NCBI GenBank assembly: GCA_002269645.1
Contig: NIVC01001062.1
Span: forward strand, 124,001-188,000
Direction: 5' to 3'
Length of the DNA stretch: 64,000 bases
Origin: Macrostomum lignano
Taxonomy: Eukaryota
A program made the translations under genes and the position numbers. Position 1 is the stretch's first letter; each line of letters starts with the position of its first letter. Below, piece by piece: positions 34,951 to 48,600 of the stretch. Under the pieces are notes generated by a model, which did no database searches, was not told the DNA's origin, and saw only the letters and a list, made by a program, of their open reading frames with translations.

Positions 34951-37234
34951 GTGTGGGTTGGTGGGATTGTTTTAACAAAACATTTTATATATATATAGCA
35001 GTTTCAGGCGTTGCAGCTTAGACCGTCACATTCCATTTCGCCATATTGTTTGACGTAGTGACTTAGAATTTACATGCCTAGTTGATGATGAAATTTCTTG
35101 GAAACAGTTTACGTACGAAATTTATATACAAAGAATCTTCGAATTGCTTTCGCTTAAACTACTCGATCTAGCTACTCGTACTTTTATAAAATGATTATTA
35201 AAAAATCGCTCGATTTAGCTCCTAAAAGAGAAAGTTTTCTTTAAAAAAAGAATTGTTAACAAAGAAATACAAGCTGGTTCTGAGAATAGGAATGGCCCCT
35301 GGAGGTTCCTATACTCATTTAGTCATCTAGTAATCTAGGGTATCTATGACCCCACCAACATTTAAGAATTGACGTCCATTTTTGCTGCAGTGCATCGTAC
35401 TGACTGGTTGAGATATATTAATTGAGTACACAAGGTCCCAGTTATTAAAATATTTAGTCACTTCGTCTTATTTACTTTACAAGGCTACTCGTACTATGCT
35501 CCTAATCACTTTCTTCATACAATATGACAAAATGGAATATGACGGTCTGACCAACAACCCGTAAGGCGGATTCTTAGAAATATACAAAACCGGTTTCTTA
35601 GAAATCTTGATGCGATTCCTAGAAACAAAGTGGCAATATGTCTATTTTAGACAGAAATTCTTGGAGAAGTTCTAGAAAATTGCCTTTTTGAAAACGAGGT
35701 AATAAAACGTAACAATATAGACTCAGAATCAGATTTAGATAAAAATCATTTGATTTTTTTTTCAATTTTAAGTCTATTTGTTACTACCGCTAGCTTTAAA
35801 TTCGTCACATTCTTTATCTAATTTATTACGAGTATATATAATATAGAATAACATAATCACTTTTTACCTAACTTCAAGTCAAAGTTAATTAACTATTTGG
35901 CTTCTCTGACTTCGAGTATATTATATTAATAGCAATCTTTTAATGAAAAATTAATTCCTCGAATTGTTCTACATTCCTAAACCTTTTGGTTCTAGCATAG
36001 TTTCATGATTTTTTTCTTCATAAATTTGATGTGTTAAAATTCTCTATTTATAATGAAGCCTTTTGTTTTGCTTTGCTGTGAAACTTGTGCGATCATAATG
36101 GCATACTAACATATTTTTGTGTTTTTTCCTAGCTAGTAATTGATGTAACTTTTATTATGAAATAATTATCTTGACAGCTGAATAATGGCTTTAGTAATTT
36201 CGTGCGCTCCTAACTAGTCTGTAATATTTGTTTGAAAAGGTTTTTTTTCAAGTCGTATTTACCCATTTTTATTTTCTTTCTTTTGACTCTGTTTGAGTTT
36301 GTAGCTTTAAAGTAGTGTAGTTTGTCTTTTGCAATTTTAATTTTTATTTTAGCATTGAGTAGTAAGTCATATTGATAGACATTTCCAACGAAAAAGTAAA
36401 CTGTAATCTTCAACCTAAAAACATGACTTTAGAGGTTTAAAAAATTAGCCTTGAATTTTTCCCCATTGCTCCAATTTTAAATCGTCTTTTTAAAATTAGC
36501 TAGTTACGACCTTTCTGACACCTGACGTGCGGATCTTCCTAGACATCTGATCTGACTTTGAGTTTATTTTAGGCATCTGACCTTGGGACTCTTCCTAGAC
36601 ATCTGACCTTGAGCATCTTTCAAGTATCTGACCTAGGGGAATCTTCCTATGAGACATCTTTTCTGTATTGCAATGTTTACATTTTGCCTTTAATTGTCAT
36701 TCTGATGTACCGTACATGTAGGTAGTTGTACGTTGTTATCATTTTAGTTGGTCTATTGCTAGTCTATAAAATTTCTATAGCGTTTTTGACTCTGAGATTA
36801 ACTTTATGCCTTTTTAAATTAAATGCTCGAAGTTTCTATACAATTCCTGGTTGTTGAAGTTAGAGTGCCAATACCTATACTCTCTGGATTCAAATTTCGC
36901 GTACTTCTATTTCTACTTCGAGTTGTCTGTCTAGTAGTTTCAATCTTACCATCTTCGAACCGTTTACTTTTGATAAAATTTGACGATTTAGTGAATAAAA
37001 AATTTATTATTATTAAGACGCATATCTTCTTGAATATCGTTTGTTTGCCTAATCTATCGACAAACATCAGCGTGCTTTGATTTTTATGTTTTTTTAAATC
37101 TAGTTTATCTAGGGATTTCAAGATTTGCTGTAAAGCCAACGCTTAAGTAAGAAGACTAAAAGGCTTAATGGGAGAATGTCGACTTGCATCTTAAAAAGGA
37201 AAATTTGCAGTTTAAAGTATACATATACATATAG

Positions 37235-37259
37235 CCCCCAAAGGGGGTCGCGTGCTAGT
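37235..37259 (+). mobile_element. Possible Helitron 3' terminus
   Basis: Hairpin CCCCC-AAA-GGGGG, 7 nt spacer, then CTAG followed by T. Upstream sequence shares aaaatttgcagttta with the reverse complement of about 21855-21870. Confidence 0.35.
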
Positions 37260-37466
37260 CTATATGACTAAATCTTAACTGCACGTATAGTTCGTAGGTT
37301 TAGCCAAAGCGATTAGTATAAAAAAGTCACATGATCCAGTCAGTTTACGCTACCAGTATTAACCGACCGTGACTTGCTTCAATTTTTTATCGACTCTAGC
37401 TACTTGCTGACTGTCAGAAAAACAGAAATTTTCACGTATTTCAAGACTCATAAAAGACAAGACTCA

Positions 37467-37548
37467 AGTCTTCTTTTTCAAGCGTTGGTCCTTTGGGAAT
37501 GTGTTTGGCATCGGCCGAAAATGGGATCTTGGCCTCGGTCGAAGATGC
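37467..37548 (-). pseudogene. Duplicated fragment of a WASHC2 exon
   Basis: Matches 41512-41592 in the same orientation with 8 mismatches over about 80 bp; translates STEAKIPFSADAKHIPKGPTLEKED. Confidence 0.75.
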
Positions 37549-38159
37549 TGATGACTGAATGACGTAATAAATGACTAGTAAATCTGTTTTATGTGGCGTC
37601 AGTTTGTCTGACTGCCTTCCCGTTTCTATTGACAATGTTATCAAATCAAGAGGCAAATAGGTTATAACAGTTCTTTTACTAATAATAACTACTGCTACTA
37701 TTACTACCACTTCTACTACTACCAAGGACTACTCAAGTAGAAAGGCAGGAAGCAGCGTTTATTGAAAAATTTGGGGAGGCAGATTTATCCAAAAAATACA
37801 TTACCGAGCTGGATGTTTTCGTTTTTTAGCACGAAATGTGCTATTGCTTTTGATAGGAGGCAGATACAATGGTCATTATTTGATGACTTGTTTATCTTAT
37901 AGCTTTTATTGATATTTATAGATCTGTTTCTTTTTAAAATAAGGATTTTGTCAATTTTATATATAATGCGTAATACGTACATGTCCTGTCTAACAATCAT
38001 AAAAATGGCACAACTTGATCCATTTGTTTTATGATTATTTTATCAAAAGCAGTTACAAATTTAGTTCTGAAAAAAATGAAACCTCTATCCTCCGTAATGT
38101 CTTTTTTTGGTAAAACCTGCCTCCTATTTTTTCGATCCTGCCTGCTTAAATAGTCCTGG

Positions 38160-38299
38160 ACTACTATACTACCACTATACTACTACTACTACTTATAATA
38201 CTACTATTACTAATCCTACTACTACTACTACTACTTATAATACTACTATTACTAATCCTACTACTACTACTACTACTTATAATACTACTATTACTAATC

Positions 38300-38353
<54 letters not shown>

Positions 38354-38431
38354 ATCCTACTACTACTACTACTATTACTACTACTACTAATCCTACTACT
38401 AATCCTATTACTATTACTACTACTACTAATC

Positions 38432-38473
<42 letters not shown>

Positions 38474-38476
38474 ATC

Positions 38477-38512
<36 letters not shown>

Positions 38513-38515
38513 ATC

Positions 38516-38578
<63 letters not shown>

Positions 38579-38628
38579 ATCCTACTACAACTACTACTAT
38601 TATTACTATACTACTACTACTACTACTA
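38160..38628. repeat. (TAC)n microsatellite
   Basis: Seen directly; source of the poly-T and poly-V ORFs. Confidence 0.95.
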
Positions 38629-39636
38629 AGCAATAAAACAAGAAAAAATTTCAAACGGTTATAATTTCAGTTTTAACAGAATCAATAAAAAACCAACAAT
38701 TACAAACAATCGTGCATGATTTTATTTTATTTGCTCAAGTGTGTCTCAAAGCAGAGTGCGAATGTAACATTGAATCAGGAAAAACGGCAATCAATTGTGA
38801 AAGACTATAATTATAGATTAATAAAGTAATTAACAAGAGTCAATTATAGCGACTGCCAACATGCAGTTGATACGGCTGGCCAAATTACTGCTGGAATACA
38901 AATGAATTATTTGAAGGTACAGAGCATGAAATAAAATTATGGTATTTATAAAGCAATTTACTTTTTAAATTTGGCGACGAGAAAAATTGAGATAGCAGTA
39001 AAAAGTTTTTTTATGATCTGCATAACTAAATAACTAAATCGTAGTAAGACAGACTCTGTATAAGGCATAATTAACACAATAAAATAGACGAATATTTCAC
39101 TGCATACTAAAGTCCAGTTTACCTACAACACACGCTAGTCTAAGAACTACTAGATCCACAAGTAGCAACAAAGGCAAAATGTTATTAAAAAAGAAATTAA
39201 TTATTTTACGAAAGAAAAAATATTTTACTTAGTGAATAGTTCCGAAATTATGGACAAACTAATAAATTAAATAACTGATGATTATTAGTGGAGAAAATTT
39301 ATAGGGCTTTATTGACTGACGATACGTATCGAAAGTTAGTTTGCAAAGATAATCATTTCTTCTAGTTAAGTAATACACTTAAAGGTTTATTGCCGATATG
39401 TATCGTAAATAATTTTATCAAGGTTAAATTTTAACAAAAAGGGGTGGTTGTAAACCTTTTTAATTATCTATGCGTAGCGTTATTAACTTAACAAAGGCAT
39501 GAACGAATTTAATCAATTTGAAACCCATTTTCTTATTAAAACTGAAATTTATGTGCGCTACTAATAGTAGAAACACAAAACAACAAGCCATGTTATCAAA
39601 TACAGGCTTCAGAAAAATGTCCCTATCATACTACTT

Positions 39637-42600
39637 CTACTTCAACGCTCCCAATGGATCGTCAAAAATATTGTCAGTATCGGTCTGGGCCGCCGTTTTT
39701 TTCTTGGCTTTCTTTTTTCCATCGGCGGTCTTTTTAGAGGCTGACTGGCCCGCGGCAGTAGCAGCTGCTCCAGCCGAAGTATTGGCACCGAAAATATCGT
39801 CTGAAATAGTGAGAACGGATGCTTTAGCGATCAATTGAATGACAGATTGTAGCTTTAAATAGTGGATCAAATTGAAGGTTAAAAATAGTGTCAGATTGTA
39901 GGTTCAAAAAGTGTCAGATTGTAGGTTTTAATAGTGTCAGATTTCAGGTTCAAATAGTGTCAGATTGTAGGTTTAAATAGTGGATCAAATTGAAGGTTTA
40001 AATAGTGTCAGATTGTAGGTTCAAATAGTGTCAGATTGTAGGTTTAAATAGTGTCAGATTGTAGGTTTAAATAGTGTCAGATTGTAGGTTTAAATAGTGT
40101 CAGATTGTAGGTTCAAATAGTGTCAGATTGTAGGTTTAAATAGTGTCAGATTGTAGGTTTAAATAGTGTCAGATTGTAGGTTCAAATAGTGTCAGATTGT
40201 AGGTTTAAATAGTGTCAGATTTCAGGTTCAAATAGTGTCAGATTGTAGGTTTAAATAGTGGATCAAATTGAAGGTTTAAATAGTGTCAGATTGTAGGTTT
40301 AAATAGTGGATCAAATTGAAGGTTTAAATAGTGTCAGATTGTAGGTTTAAATAGTGTCAGATTGCAGGTTTAAATAGTGTCAGATTGTAGGTTCAAATAG
40401 TGTCAGATTTCAGGTTTAAATAGTGTCAGATTGAAGGTTTAAATAGTGTCAGATTGCAGGTTTAAATAGTGTCAGATTGCAGGTTTAAATAGTGTCAGAT
40501 TGTAGGTTTAAATAGTGTCAGATTGTAGGTTTAAATAGTGTCAGATTGTAGGTTTAAATAGTGTCAGATTGTAGGTTCAAATAGTGTCAGATTGCAGGTT
40601 TAAATAGTGTCAGATTGCAGGTTTAAATAGTGTCAGATTGCAGGTTTAAATAGTGTCAGATTGTAGGTTTAAATAGTGTCAGATTGTAGGTTTAAATAGT
40701 GTCAGATTGTAGGTTTAAATAGTGTCAGATTGCAGGTTTAAATAGTGTCAGATTGTAGGTTTAAATAGTGTCAGATTGTAGGTTTAAATAGTGTCAGATT
40801 GTAGGTTTAAATAGTGTCAGATTGCAGGTTCAAATAGTGTCAGATTGCAGGTTCAAATAGTGTCAGATTGCAGGTTCAAATAGTGTCAGATTGCAGGTTT
40901 AAATAGTGTCAGATTGCAGGTTCAAATAGTGTCAGATTGCAGGTTTAAACAGTGTTAGATTGTCAAAAGCGTCAAATTCTTGAACAAGTGCATACCTACC
41001 CACAGACAACTCATTTTTAGTATATAGGAAGTGTGTCATATCATGGAACTAATAAATCGTCAGATCTGGATGTAGAACATTGTCAGCCCCTTCTGAAGGC
41101 ACTCACCCAAGTCCTGATTAGTGACAGCCTTAGACGGCTTAGCAGTGGAAGACTTATTATTATTATTGTTGTTGCTTTTGCTACTAGCAGCAACACCGGC
41201 TTTCTGACGCTTATTGCCCTTATTGGCAATCTTAGCTACATCAGCCGTGGCAAAAATATCGTCCAATTGGTCGCTAACAGAAGCTCCAGGGCCAGCAGCT
41301 TTCGAAGAACCGGCTGCAGTTGCCGAGGATTTCACCATTGGCGACTGGCCGCTGCTAAATAAGTCCCCGTCGTCATCCGAGGCAAATGGATCTTTCTTAG
41401 AAACCGACGGCAGCGATTGTTGCTGCTCGGGCTGTCGGCTGCCTTTATTGTTGCTGACGCCGTCAAGGCTGGGATTCGTTTGGGAGAATTTCAAATCGGA
41501 AAACAGGTCGTCGTCTTCTTCTTCAAGCGTTGGTCGTTTTGGAATGTGTTTGGCTTCGGCCGAAGATGGGATCTTAGCCTTAGTCGAAGATGGGATCTTA
41601 GCCTCAGTCGAAGGTGGGATCTTAGCCACAGTCGAAGGTGGGATCTTAGCCTCAGTCGAAGATGGGATCTTAGCCTCAGTCGAAGATGGGATCTTAGCCT
41701 CAGTCGAAGGTGGGATCTTAGCCACAGTCGAAGGTGGGATCTTAGCCTCAGTCGAAGATGGGATCTTAGCCTCAGTCGAAGGTGGGATCTTAGCCGCAGT
41801 CGAAGGTGGGATCTTAGCCGCAGTCGAAGGTGGGATCTTAGGCTTAGCCGACAGCCTACCGGGAGCAAAAATGTCGTCCTTATCGTCCTGATCGCTATCC
41901 CAGCTATCTCTGCGAAGCAACCCCGTAGATGGATCCGGCGGCAGAGGCTGGACGGTAGGAGCAGGTCGGTTAGCAACCGATTTGTCTCCGACATCAACTG
42001 GAGCCATGAATTCTTTAACGACGGCATCGTCGTTGGTTTGAGTAGAAATTTTTGCTGAAGCAGCAGCAGAAGAGGCTGCAGCAGCTGATGAAGCACCGCG
42101 TCGGGAGGGCAAGCGTCGACCAGGCATGCGAGCGCGATTCTGAAGTCGATGGTTAAAAAAACAATTTAAACCGACCAGGTAAAGCATTGATCGGTAATCA
42201 AACAAACCAATAGCGTAAACAAAACTTTATTTTACCTTGGTAACTGAAACCAAAAGACCTCCAGTGGATGCTTCGTTTTGACTTTTCTCCGCAGCGGTAA
42301 CTGTTGAAGGTTAAGGAAAAAGCAGATTAAAATGAGTAAATGGTTATCATATACGCCTCCCAAGCTAAAAACAAGCCTAAAAACACCCATCCAGATCGGC
42401 CAAAAACACGCACCCATTCCGCCAATAAAACACCCACCACCCCACTCCGCCAATAAAACACCCACCACCCCACTCCGCCATTAAAACACCCACCACCCCA
42501 CTCCGCCATTAAAACACCCACCACCTAACTCCACCAATAAAACACCCAACACTCCAGTCCGCTAATAAAGCAGCCACCACCCCACTCCGCCAATAAAACA

Positions 42601-45600
42601 GCCACCACCCCACTCCGCCAATAAAACACCCACCACCTAACTCCGCCAATAAAACACCCAACACTCCAGTCCGCTAATAAAACACACATCACCCTAAATT
42701 GCCAATAAAACAACCACCACCCCACTCCGCCAATAAAAGACCCGCCACACCCAATTCGTAAAAAAAACACTCACCACCCACAATAAAACACCCACAACCC
42801 CACTTCGCCAATAAAACACCCAAGCCAGTATGACTTGCAAACGTAATTGAACAAAGTATCAGACCAACCTGATTCCACACTAGCTTCTCCGTCGTCTTCT
42901 TTGCTATCAACAGCCGCCGCGACGGGGGTAGCGGAAGAAGCAGCGGCAACGCCACCAGAAGCGGCTTTGGAGCGCAAAAGCGCAGCCGGTGGCATCGCGC
43001 CGCCAAACATGCTGACACCGCCCACCGGGGGTCGACGCCCACCAGCAGCAGCGTTTGAAATTGCGGCGGCAGCTGCGGCAGCACCGGCTGAAGTAGCGGA
43101 AGCTTTCGGCAGCGTCGGTTCCGGCTCCGGTGAAGAAGCCGGCGCGGGTTCTGACGCGGGTGCTGGCACGGATGCTGGCGTGGGTGCTGGCGCAGGTGCT
43201 GGCGCAGGTACTGGCGCGGGTGCTGGCGAAGGTACTGGCGCGGGTGCTGGCGCAGGTACTGGCGCGGGTGCTGGCGCGGGTGCTGGCGCAGGTACTGGCG
43301 CAGGTGCTGGCGCGTGTTTTTTAATAGCTGAAAACAGGTCACCATCGGTGCTATCGAAAGAATCAGAATCCGACGCAAAAGGTTGTCGTTTAATCGACGC
43401 AGGAGGCGCCGCCGTCGACGCCGCCGTCACCGTTGTACTTGGCATCGGAGCGGCGGCAGTGGCAGTCTTGCTGCCACTAGGAGCAGCGCTCTTCGTTTTA
43501 GCCGCGGCAAATATATCGCCATCGGAGTCATCCGAGTCGGAATCGAATAGATGCTTCGCTGGTGCTGATGGCTTTGTATTGGGTGCAGGGGCTGCTGCGG
43601 CGGCCTTGGCGGCGCCGCTTGGAGTGTCGGAAGTTTTCTTCTGTTCCGTTTGCTCCTGCTGCTGTTGCTGCTGCTTCGGCGGTTGCTGCTTTTTCGACGT
43701 ATCGGCGCCGAAATCGGAGAAATTGTCGCTATCGGATTCTGAACTGCTGACGGCTGTTGAATTGGTAAATCATAACAATGGTGTCATAAATCATAAATAA
43801 GGTTGTCATAAATCATAACTAGGGTGTCATAAATCATAACTATGGTGCTATAAATCATAACTAGGGTGTCATAAATCATAACTGGCACCACTGGCACCAC
43901 AAACGGTTGTCATAAATCATAATTAAGGTGTTATAAACCTTCAATAAGGTGTCTTAATTCATCTAGGGTGTCATAAATCATATTAGGATAGCATAAATCA
44001 AAGCCAAGGTCTCAAAAAATCATAACTACACTGTAGGGTTCAAAAAGCATAACTAGGATGTAAAAAACTATAACGTGTCTCATAAACCAGATTACCTCTT
44101 TGCTGTCGAATTCGCTGCACAGCCACAGGATCAACGGCACCGCCAAAGACGCTGACTCCACCAAATGGCTTGTTGCTAGGCGGCTGTTGAGCAGAAGCCT
44201 GAGCAGCAGGAGCAGCAGCACTATCTTCCGATTCCGTACTGCTAACAAACTTTTTCTTATCAGCTTCGGAAGATTTTCGAACCGGCGCAAACAGGCCGCC
44301 GGCACCGCCAACGTCAGAGTCGTCGCTGCTGTCGAAGCCGCCACCGGCGCCAAAAAGACTGGTTGCCTTAGGCGCCGCTGTTGAGCTAGAGGCGGCAGCG
44401 GCAGCGGCGGAGGCGGCTGCGTCTGACGGCCGACTGTCGGGCTCGTCAACGAGAAGACTGTGGCCTCGTTCCTGCTTTGCGTCGGGCTGCAATTCGGGCA
44501 ACGTGACATGATGATAGACATGAAGTGCTGGGTTGAACACTGAATTAGCTACCAAATTAGCTACTATCTGCAAATTATCTCCGACACTTCATATCTCCGA
44601 CACGTCACATCTCCGACACTTCATATCTCCGACACTTCATATTTCCGACACTTTATATTTCCGACACTTCATATCTCCGACACTTCATATTTCCGACACT
44701 TCATATTTCCGACACTTCATATTTCCGACACTTCATATCTCCGACACTTCATATTTCCGACACTTCATATTTCCGACACTTCACATCTCCGACACTTCAT
44801 ATTTCCGACACTTCACATCTCCGACACTTCATATCTCCGACACTTCATATTTCCGACACTTCACATCTCCGACACTTCATATCTCCGACACTTGATATTC
44901 CGTTAGAGTATAAAGTGTCGGAGATATTAACCCCCCCCCCTTGAACAACACATCCTGGAATGTAAATAACGCACCAATTTAGGCTTAACGGCAAACAAAT
45001 CGTCATCATCGCTATCAAAGAGGCCCTTCTTCTGTGGCTGACTTCTAGTTGCTATTGCTGCTGCTGCTGTTGCAGACGCCGCAGCGGCTGGTGGGTTTCT
45101 AGCCGCTTCCGGCTTCGCTGATTCGTTGTTGCTGCCTGGAAAAACGGAAACGAATATTTAGAAAAAAAACGAATATCACACCTGCAGTATACTACTGAAA
45201 GCGACCAAGATTTTTTGGTATAATTATAGAGAAAAAGGCTGAATCGAATTTAATTAGCGTGCAATCGCATTTTTCTCACTATTAGTCGACGGCTCTTTGA
45301 TCTTTGCCGCCGTAGTCGCGGCCGGAGGCGCCTTTGATCTTGCCGCCGCACCCGAAGCCGCAGTTTTACTAGCGGCAGAGGGAATTTTAAACAAATCATC
45401 GCCCTCATCTGAAGAGTCCGACTCTGCGATTAAAAAAATTTTAAAAATCACTGAACCGCGAGCCATGCAAATTAGCTTATACAAAATTTATGAAATTGGA
45501 AAAAAAGTTTACGATTGAAAATCATGACAGCTACTAGCAGTAGACGACTTTGATTTTTACGCAATTTACATTTTTTTTAAAAAATCCTGACAAATCATAA

Positions 45601-48600
45601 GAAAAATGCGTAAATTATGATTTCTTACCATCTAGCAAAACTAAATTCTTACCCACACACCCAAAATCTCACCTTAAGTGAATAAGGACACCCAAAATCT
45701 CACCCTAGAGTGAACAAGGACACCCAAAATCTCACCCTAGAGTGAACAAGGACACCCAAAATCTTACCCTAGAGTGAACAAGGACACCCAAAATCTCACC
45801 GTAGAGTGAACAAGGACACCCAAAATCACACCCTAAAGTGGACAAGGACACCCAAAATCACACCCTAAAGTAGACAAGGACACCCAAAATCACACCCTAA
45901 AGTAGACAAGGACACCCAAAATCACACCCTAAAGTGGACAAGGACACCAAAAATCTCACCCTAAAGTGGACAAGGACACCAAAAATCTCACCTTGAAGTG
46001 GACAAGGACACCCAAAATCTCACCCTAAAATGGACAGACCCCAGAAATCTACAAATCTGCCATATATCGGTGCACAAGCCATAATAATTACCAAACAATC
46101 TAGCTGGTTTCAACCCGCCTCGGTTGTTATTAGCCGTGCTGGCATTGCTAGGACTTCTGCTGCTTGACTCTGTCGTCATACGAGCCGCAGCCGATGCTGA
46201 AGCACCATCTGGCACCAATCTCTGGCTATTAGAAACTGGCACCGCTGCAAATTAATGATTTCAATTAGCTGTTTACTCTCGTAATTAATGATTGAATCAA
46301 TTAGAAGAAAATCAATGACTGCAATCCAATTATTTAGCGTCGCGCAATAAAATCAACGTTGAGACAAAAAAACTGGTTTAACGCACCTGGCTTAGCCACA
46401 GCTTTCTGTTGCGTTGCAGACTACAACAGTAAGGCAATTAAGCTTGGCAATTAAGTTAAATAAATTAAATCGCTCTGAAAACCGGCCACTGACATCCACC
46501 CCTCCGCTCTCTTACCCTCAACCCCCACAGCCCAGACATCCACCCCTCCACTTTCTTACCCTCAACCCCCACAGCCCAGCCATCCACCCCTCCACTCTCT
46601 TACTCTCAACACCCACAGCCCCGACACCCACCCCTCCACTCTCTTACTCTCAACACCCACAGCCCCGACACCCACCCCTCCACTCTCTCACTCTCAACAC
46701 CCACAGCCCCGACACCCACCCCTCCACTCTCTTATTCTTATCACCCCAGACTTAAAATCCAACTCACCGCAGCAGGCCTCGCTGGTTCCCGACTCTTTGG
46801 AGCAAAAATATCATCTTCACTTTCGTCATCGTCGTCGTCCCACAGAGACGCTTTGTGACCTGAAATACAATGTACTTTTAACTACAGTGTACGAAACATA
46901 CAGAATAAAATTACCATTTAGTTAACCTGCTTTTTCGACTGTATAAACAGCGATCTTAGCACCACACATATCAAGTTTCGGTTACACTAGCGAACACCTT
47001 TTTGTGTGAGTAAATTATTAACTAAAGATTCTTTGCATTTTCTAGCTAGTTAATAGGCAGGGGGCTGCCTGCACCCTGGCGCACTTTAAGCGACATTGTC
47101 ACACAACCGGTGAGAGGCATTACTGCCAATTCCGCCGATTCCCCTGAGCAGGCATACAAGCGCGCGGATACGTACGCAGGCACACACTCACACAGGAGTG
47201 TACAGCGGCCCTAACTTTATATTATCGTTAGGCATGTACACTTCACTGTGCCTTGGGGGTTGGCCTTCAAGCTGGGCGTTAATTGCACGAGCAGAGTCAA
47301 GACGTGATTCCAATTCAGCCCCAAATTAATGGGACTGCACTTGGAATCGAGCCCAGGCCGCTGGCACATCAGAGCGCTGCGCTAGACCACTGGTGATTCT
47401 TAAAGTGTATTGTGCGATTCTTGAAGTACATTGTGAGATTATTAAAGTGCATTGCGCGATTCTAAAAGTGCATTTTGTTATTCTAAAAGTGCATTGTACG
47501 AGTCTTGAAGTACATTGTCCGATTCTTAAAGTACATCGTGAGGTTCTTAAAATACACTTTGCGATTCCTAAAGTACATTGCGCAATTCTTAAAGTACAAT
47601 CGGTGATTCCCAAATTAACTGAGCAATTTTTAAAGTGCACGGGGCGAATCTCACCTCCAGGCGCGATGGATCCTTGCAGCAGCTTCTGCACTGAATCCTC
47701 CGCAGCCGCAGCCGCAGCCGCCGCCCCCGATGCCCCAGCAGCGGAAGAAGCGGCAGAAGCCTCAGACGGAGCGGCACTTTTCGGCGGCAATTTGCCGCTT
47801 AACCGAGCTTTCAACTCGTCAGTAACCGACATTGGTCGGTTGCTGCGACGTTCAGAGTCGTCTTCTTCTTCTTCCTCATCTTCGTCTTCTTTTTTAACTT
47901 CTTCTGCTGCCGCTCCTGCTGCTGCTGCTGCTGCAGCTCCTCGTCGATTTGGAACAAACAAATCGTCATCTTCATCATCTTCGCTATCATCGTCGCCAAA
48001 GAGGCGACGCTGTTGCTGTCGTTGCTTTTGCTGCTGCTGCTGATTTTGTTGCTGCTGCTGTTGCATAGTCTGCTTCTGCTTAGGCTTCTTATTATCCCGT
48101 CGTAATCTGGTTAGTCTGTCCTCAGACTCTTGAAGATCATCTTCGTCGCTGTCGGATTGCTGGTGATTTGCTGCTGCGGCTTCTCTGCGATCTTCTTCTT
48201 CTGCTTCATTATCTTCTTCTTCCTCGTCATCTTCTTCATCATCTGTCTCAGCTGCGTCGGCGGCGGCTCCTGACTGACCCGCGGCTGCTGCTCCACCGGT
48301 GGCGACGGCGGACGCCGACGCCAACTGAGGTGAACAAGGGAGTGCGCATCATGTTGAAACTATCCGTGTCAGACAGGTGAAACTACCCGTGTCAGACAGG
48401 TGAAACTAGCCGTGTCAGACAGGTGAAACTAGCCGTGTCAGACAGGTGAAACTACCCGTGTCAGACAGGTGAAACTACCCGTGTCAGACAGGTGAAACTA
48501 CCCGTGTCAGACAGGTGAAACTAGCCGTGTCAGACAGGTGAAACTACATGTGTCAGACAGGTGAAACTACCCGTGTCAGACAGGTGAAACTACCGGTGTC

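Noticed and set aside
36819-38000. AT-rich ORFs of 70-106 aa
   Set aside because: No recognisable motifs; consistent with chance ORFs or decayed repeats.
38107-38664. Mucin-like poly-Thr ORF
   Set aside because: A (TAC)n microsatellite, open on both strands, with no splice or signal context.
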